Shown here piece after piece: positions 58,680 to 64,000 of a stretch of DNA of 64,000 nucleotides. The stretch is from sequence record PV295200.1; one strand, written 5' to 3'. This stretch comes from Escherichia phage vB_Eco_BCPEco_001. Under the pieces are notes generated by a model, which saw only the letters and a list, made by a program, of their open reading frames with translations, did no database searches and had not been told where the DNA came from. Both the position numbers and the translations under genes were made by a program. Position 1 is the first letter of the stretch, and each line of letters begins with the position of its first letter.

Positions 58680-59273
58680 ATGAACACACTGAAGAAAATT
58701 GTTGAGTTTATTCGCACTAAACTTGGTTCTGCAATGGCTAAAAATCTATCTGTTGAAGAACAGTATACTGCTGCAGCAGCAAAACTGCTTGATAAAATTA
58801 AAGACCTAAAAACTGCTTCTGTTAAATCTATTAATGAAGAAAAACGTATTCGTGAACTTATTGTTGAAAAGAATAAGCAGGCCGAATCAAAAGAGCGTGA
58901 AATTCGCAAGCTTCTTTCTGAAGGTCAAGATGTAACAATGCATGCTAAACTCGGTTTACTATATCGTCGAACAGCTGAGCAGTTGACTACTAAAGCTGAT
59001 GGTTATGCTGAAATGCGAATTGAAATCGCCAAGAAAGTAGTTGAGTTAGATGATGCTCGCCAAGAACTTGCAGTTAAATTGGAATATATCCGTGAAACTC
59101 GTGCTGCGAATGCCCTTGGAATTAGTACTGCTGATGATGTAGTTGAAATTGCAGCACTGACTAAAGTTGATATTGAAGATACTCTCGCCCGAGTTGAAAC
59201 CTTTAATGGCAATATTTCTGGGGTTGAAACTACCTCTGCCGATGTTCAGGAATATATTAATTCTCTGAAATAA
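58680..59273 (+). CDS. hypothetical coiled-coil protein (197 aa), PspA/IM30-like composition
   Basis: Long amphipathic helical heptad-rich sequence; hairpin downstream. Confidence 0.5.
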
Positions 59274-59314
59274 TGATAAGGGGCTTCGGCCCCTATTACT
59301 TGGAGTAAGTAGGA

Positions 59315-59923
59315 ATGAAAATGCAAAGTGATTTCAATTCAATGTTTGAAGAGTTCCAAAGGCAGGTTGATGTTCCAGACCAATTGCTAAATGCTCTTAA
59401 ACGTATGGCAGAAGGACGTAATTATTATTGGGGTTCTTCATATGAAACTGATGAAAGTCTTTCTGGAAGATTTTCCAGAGGTAAAAAGTCTTTAATACGT
59501 CCTGGAATACTTATTAACAGTATTGAATCAATTTATTCATTGACATGCGATTTTGATGTTGAATTTACTGATTTCATTTCTCCTGAATGGACAGTTTGTT
59601 ATTTAAACGACGATTTTGATTATCTCGGTGTTTATAGTTTAAGTGACGCATGGTTTAAACGTAACTTACAAAAGTCAAATTTATTCTATATTGATACTAC
59701 AGTAAAATTTCAGGGAAAGAAATATTTCTTTACTCTTATAGTTGATTCTGAAACGAAGCATGAAAATAAACGTATTCTTAGTAAAAAGAATATCTTAACT
59801 ATTGTTGATGATCTTTTTGATAAATTCGTGGAAAATCCCAGTTTTGAAAGCGATTTATTACTAGAAAAATTTGTGAAGGAATGCAGAGAATATGTCAAAG
59901 CCATCAATGTATCTTCCAAGTAA
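59315..59923 (+). CDS. hypothetical protein (202 aa)
   Basis: ORF; C-terminus carries FVKECR junction motif shared with the next three genes. Confidence 0.5.
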   Translation: MKMQSDFNSMFEEFQRQVDVPDQLLNALKRMAEGRNYYWGSSYETDESLSGRFSRGKKSLIRPGILINSIESIYSLTCDFDVEFTDFISPEWTVCYLNDDFDYLGVYSLSDAWFKRNLQKSNLFYIDTTVKFQGKKYFFTLIVDSETKHENKRILSKKNILTIVDDLFDKFVENPSFESDLLLEKFVKECREYVKAINVSSK

Positions 59924-60284
59924 ACCGTTGAAGTATGAATTAAAGCGCCAGCTAATTTCTACTGATGTATTAATAGGTCCTGTGGTAGCTGTATCATTTG
60001 TAATTCTACTGGGGGTTGGAATAATTATAGATGTTATGACTAATATTGAATCTAATGTAATATTTGCGTCAACACTAATTCTTCCAATGATAGTTCCATT
60101 TTTATTAGTACCTGTAAATTGGATAGGATACTGGTATCAAGGAAGGCATTATCGTAAACGCGTACGTGATTGGAAAGCACAGTGTAAAAAGATTAAAAAG
60201 GAACATCAGCTTAAACTTGCTGCGTATGAATTTGATGAAATTATGAAATTTGTTAAGGAATCACGATGCAAAAGCCAAAACTAA
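59892..60284 (+). CDS. small membrane protein (130 aa), paralog family
   Basis: Two hydrophobic helices, basic cytoplasmic tail ending FVKESRCK. Confidence 0.5.
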   Translation: MSKPSMYLPSKPLKYELKRQLISTDVLIGPVVAVSFVILLGVGIIIDVMTNIESNVIFASTLILPMIVPFLLVPVNWIGYWYQGRHYRKRVRDWKAQCKKIKKEHQLKLAAYEFDEIMKFVKESRCKSQN

Positions 60285-60628
60285 ATAAAGTCAAATATTC
60301 GCTTCCTGAGTCATTTTTAATTTTTGCTGTGGCGTTGGCTGCAGCTCTTGCGGGTAGTCTTTTTGGATTGTTAATTGACTGTCTTATTTTAAACATTGAC
60401 GGCACAGTAAATATAATAGAAGTTTGGAGTGAACTTTGTTATACTAAAATTATTTCATTATTTTCATTCTTTGGTACCATGTTATATTTTCATTATGATA
60501 ATTTTAAAATAAATTGGCAAAGAAAAAAAGATTACAAAATACAATTAAAAGAATATAATAGCTACATGTCTTATATTGAAAATGAGTCAATGAAAGAGTT
60601 TGTGAGTGATTGTAGGAAAATTAAATGA
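60266..60628 (+). CDS. small membrane protein (120 aa), paralog family
   Basis: Two hydrophobic helices, tail ending FVSDCRKIK. Confidence 0.5.
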   Translation: MQKPKLNKVKYSLPESFLIFAVALAAALAGSLFGLLIDCLILNIDGTVNIIEVWSELCYTKIISLFSFFGTMLYFHYDNFKINWQRKKDYKIQLKEYNSYMSYIENESMKEFVSDCRKIK

Positions 60629-61113
60629 TTTTAAAAACTCGCTGGTATGATTTAGATGATGGGGATGATGGCATTTCAGTTGATAGAGTTGACTGGAATG
60701 GTTGTTCCGAAGATATGAAAAATTTGTTGATTAGGGAGTTTAGAATGGGATATCAAGCAGCTAAGCCATTTACTGTAACAGATGATAAGTTCGTATGTAT
60801 TCAAAACGGTCGCGCTAAGTTAACGAACGCTGATTGGTTCACAGATAAAATTATGATTCTGTGGTATATTATTAGTCTTCCTGTGACATCATTCGTATTT
60901 TACTTTTTTATAAAAAATCCAATGGACAGAATAGGAGATTGGATTCTTTTAACCATACTTGTTAATATTTTTACAGCAGCAATATTATCTGGGATATGGT
61001 ACACGTTCATTGAAATGCCATGGCGGCTACGCAGACAACAAAAGATTTTTGATGAAAAGAAATACGTTCAAAATTTAAATAACTTTATCACTGAATGCAG
61101 GAAATTAAAATGA
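60625..61113 (+). CDS. small membrane protein (162 aa), paralog family
   Basis: Two hydrophobic helices, tail ending FITECRKLK. Confidence 0.5.
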   Translation: MILKTRWYDLDDGDDGISVDRVDWNGCSEDMKNLLIREFRMGYQAAKPFTVTDDKFVCIQNGRAKLTNADWFTDKIMILWYIISLPVTSFVFYFFIKNPMDRIGDWILLTILVNIFTAAILSGIWYTFIEMPWRLRRQQKIFDEKKYVQNLNNFITECRKLK

Positions 61114-61550
61114 AAACACTATCAGCTGGTATTATCTTTATGACAGAAGATAGAGATTTATTTATGGGTCGGGTTACTGGTTCTCGTAAGCCTGGAATGA
61201 TGGCACATCGCTGGGATATTCCAAAGGGCCGCGTAGAAAATTCTGATTTGAATGCACTGGAAGCTGCAAAAAGAGAATGCTTAGAAGAGACTGGCTTTAG
61301 CAATTATAATCCAGACCTTCTAGAAGACCTAGGTGTATTTAAATATTCTAGTAATAAAGACTTACAGTTATTTTATTATACGATTCCAGTAGAGCATGAG
61401 ATGTTTAGAAATTGTCGTTGCGAGTCTTATTTTGAAAATAAAGATGGTGTTATGATTCCAGAGATGGATGCTTTTGCTCTTATTCCTCGTATTCAGTGGC
61501 AATATGTGATGGGTCCTTCACTTTACCGAATAATGAACAACCTCTTTTAA
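61095..61550 (+). CDS. nudE: Nudix hydrolase NudE
   Basis: 151 aa, Nudix box GRVENSDLNALEAAKRECLEETGF, immediately upstream of e as in T4. Confidence 0.8.
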   Translation: MQEIKMKTLSAGIIFMTEDRDLFMGRVTGSRKPGMMAHRWDIPKGRVENSDLNALEAAKRECLEETGFSNYNPDLLEDLGVFKYSSNKDLQLFYYTIPVEHEMFRNCRCESYFENKDGVMIPEMDAFALIPRIQWQYVMGPSLYRIMNNLF

Positions 61551-62081
<531 letters not shown>

Positions 62082-62085
62082 AGTT

Positions 62086-62115
62086 GTTTACTTTCTCCTA
62101 GAATTGTGATAGTAT
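62086..62115 (+). promoter_or_regulatory. early promoter (denV)
   Basis: GTTTAC, 18-bp spacer, TAGTAT, about 25 bp upstream of denV ATG. Confidence 0.6.
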
Positions 62116-62140
62116 ATTCACAGTTACTTGGAGGGATAAA

Positions 62141-62557
62141 ATGACTCGTATTAATTTGACTTTAGTATCTGAACTTGCTGATCAACATTTAATCGCAGAA
62201 TACCGTGAATTGCCGCGTGTTTTTGGTATAGTTCGTAAGCATGTGGCAAACGGTAAGCGCGTTAAAGATTTTAAAATATCTTCTAAATTTATTTTAGGTT
62301 CTGGTCATGTTACTTTCTTTTACGATAAGTTAGAATTTTTGCGAAAGCGTCAATCGGACATTATAACGGAATGCTTAAAACGCGGGTTCAGTATAAAAGA
62401 TACTGAAGTTCCTGACATCAGCGATATTCCAGCAGAATGGAAAAATGATTATAACCCATGCAAATCGGCTATTAAATTGAGTCAACAACGACTCGATGAA
62501 AAAATTTTAATGAAGCCACACTGGTATAAATACTACGGCAAAAATATTTACATTTAA
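62141..62557 (+). CDS. denV: endonuclease V, pyrimidine dimer DNA glycosylase
   Basis: 138 aa, [28 protein letters not shown]...WYKYYGK matches recalled T4 EndoV; early promoter upstream. Confidence 0.9.
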   Translation: MTRINLTLVSELADQHLIAEYRELPRVFGIVRKHVANGKRVKDFKISSKFILGSGHVTFFYDKLEFLRKRQSDIITECLKRGFSIKDTEVPDISDIPAEWKNDYNPCKSAIKLSQQRLDEKILMKPHWYKYYGKNIYI

Positions 62558-62703
62558 ATAACATGGGAATAACCTGGACCTCATGATTCTGTGAGGGATT
62601 CCCGCCAACCTGTAATAAGGTCGAGCCCAAGTGCGGTAATGGGTAAATACAGAAATGGACAATTCATGCGCCATGGAATGGCCCAAACCTAGAGAGAACA
62701 AAA

Positions 62704-63243
62704 ATGAGAACATTTTTAACTGGTCCTTATCTATCCCTGATGAATGCTTTTACACACCATTCTGATGCTAGAGTAGAAGAAATTTGTAAAAACGATTATA
62801 TCCTATCATTTGAAGACTTACTTAAACAGTATTGCACACTTCGACTAGATGGTGGACGTCAATCCGGTAAATCAATTGCTGTGACTAACTTTGCTGCTAA
62901 TTGGTTGTATGATGGCGGAACAGTTATTGTTCTTTCTAATACTTCAGCTTACGCTAAAATTTCTGCAAATAACATCAAAAAGGAATTTTCGCGTTATTCT
63001 AATGATGATATACGTTTTCGTTTATTTACTGATTCTGTACGCAGTTTTATTGGTAATAAAGGAAGCAAGTTCAGAGGTTTATCGCTTTCGCGAATTTTGT
63101 ATATAATTGATGAGCCTGTCAAATCTCCTGATATGGATAAGATTTATGATGCTCATATTGACACTGTACAGTACTGCTGCAATAGTAAATGCTGCATTGG
63201 CGGTATTACTCGTCCGCAGTTTTTCGTAATTGGAATGCAATGA
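62704..63243 (+). CDS. hypothetical protein with P-loop-like motif (179 aa)
   Basis: GGRQSGKS Walker-A-like motif; Cys-rich C-terminus CCNSKCC. Confidence 0.5.
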   Translation: MRTFLTGPYLSLMNAFTHHSDARVEEICKNDYILSFEDLLKQYCTLRLDGGRQSGKSIAVTNFAANWLYDGGTVIVLSNTSAYAKISANNIKKEFSRYSNDDIRFRLFTDSVRSFIGNKGSKFRGLSLSRILYIIDEPVKSPDMDKIYDAHIDTVQYCCNSKCCIGGITRPQFFVIGMQ

Positions 63244-63569
63244 TGACAGATACGCAACTTTTCGAATATCTTTATTTTTCGCCAAAAACTATTAAAAATA
63301 AATTGGTGAATCATTTTGAAATTTTGGCAAATAACAACGTCTTGAGCGAATTTTATCCCAAGCAATACAAATTACAAAAAGGTGTATTCAAAGGATGCAG
63401 AGTTTTGTGCACTGCTCCTAATGCAAGATTAATGAATAAAATTCCATATTTTACCATGGAATTTATTGATGGACCATTTAAAGGATTAATTACTCAAAGT
63501 TTAATGGCATATGATTCTGAGCCATTTTTAATTAAAGAACAATCTTGGATAAAATTATTTTCTAATTGA
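63240..63569 (+). CDS. hypothetical protein (about 109 aa)
   Basis: Start taken at ATG 63240 overlapping upstream stop (ATGA); track ORF from 63189 overlaps the upstream gene. Confidence 0.45.
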   Translation: MMTDTQLFEYLYFSPKTIKNKLVNHFEILANNNVLSEFYPKQYKLQKGVFKGCRVLCTAPNARLMNKIPYFTMEFIDGPFKGLITQSLMAYDSEPFLIKEQSWIKLFSN

Positions 63570-63575
63570 GGTTAT

Positions 63576-63938
63576 ATGAAAGCATATCAAATTCTTGAAG
63601 GCACACATAAAGGTACTATTTATTTTGAAGATGGTATTCAAGCACGAATTATTGTCTCTAAAACCTTTAAAGAGGACTCTTTTGTAGACCCAGAAATTTT
63701 CTATGGTTTGCATGCCCGTGAAATTGAAATTGAGCAACAGCCTACAGTTAAAATTGAAGGTGGTCAACACCTGAACGTTAACGTTCTGCGTCGTGAAACT
63801 CTGGAAGATGCAGTTAAGCATCCGGAAAAATATCCGCAGCTGACCATCCGTGTATCCGGTTATGCAGTTCGCTTTAACTCTCTGACTCCGGAACAGCAGC
63901 GCGACGTTATCGCTCGTACCTTTACCGAGAGTTTGTAA
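63576..63938 (+). CDS. autonomous glycyl radical cofactor, GrcA/YfiD-like (T4 Y06I-like)
   Basis: C-terminal 60 aa [60 protein letters not shown] is the glycyl-radical domain (RVSGY glycine motif). Confidence 0.85.
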   Translation: MKAYQILEGTHKGTIYFEDGIQARIIVSKTFKEDSFVDPEIFYGLHAREIEIEQQPTVKIEGGQHLNVNVLRRETLEDAVKHPEKYPQLTIRVSGYAVRFNSLTPEQQRDVIARTFTESL

Positions 63939-64000
63939 TGGCAAAGATAATTATTGAAGGTTCTGAAGATGTGCTAAATGCTTTCGCCGAGTGGTTTAGT
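63938..64000 (+). CDS. hypothetical protein, N-terminal fragment (runs off window)
   Basis: ATG overlapping upstream stop (TAATG); [20 protein letters not shown]... Confidence 0.35.
   Translation, partial: MAKIIIEGSEDVLNAFAEWFS

Overview
This window is a contiguous piece of a T4-like (T-even, Tequatrovirus-type) virulent myophage genome, not a bacterial chromosome. Gene order and protein identities were assigned by reading the supplied ORF translations against my recollection of T4 proteins; no database search was run, so gene names rest on recalled similarity and synteny. Several products are unmistakable: T4 lysozyme (e), the fibritin foldon (wac), major capsid gp23, portal gp20, terminase gp17/gp16, sheath gp18, gp5 hub-lysozyme, EndoV (denV), RNA ligase 2, UvsW/UvsY. 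Layout: 3' end of DNA ligase gene 30, two tandem alt ADP-ribosyltransferase paralogs, baseplate hub genes 54-48-29-28-27-51 (minus) and 26-25 (plus), uvsY, uvsW, inh, hoc, rnlB, then a long minus-strand late block 24-23-22-21-68-67-20-19-18-17-16-15-14-13-wac-12-11-10-9-8-7-6-5.4-5-53, then plus-strand 4-2-3-1-57A-57B, an internal-protein locus, a cluster of 8 tRNA genes with a segB-like endonuclease and a structured stable-RNA region, a run of small early ORFs, nudE, e, denV and a GrcA-like glycyl-radical gene. Many late genes are preceded by exact TATAAATA boxes, and early genes by GTTTAC -35 / TACTAT-like -10 promoters embedded in stem-loops. The lysozyme (two substitutions versus T4 as I recall it) shows this is a close relative of T4, not T4 itself. 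I did not find a convincing wholly new multi-gene system; the most interesting features are accessory: a hoc gene with an extra Ig-like domain and two homopolymer frameshifts, an HNH homing endonuclease wedged between genes 13 and 14, three GIY-YIG seg-like endonucleases, duplicated alt, a two-gene internal-protein locus flanked by repeated promoter cassettes, a paralogous small membrane-protein cluster with a repeated gene-junction motif, and a GrcA-like gene whose 3' half has host-like codon usage.
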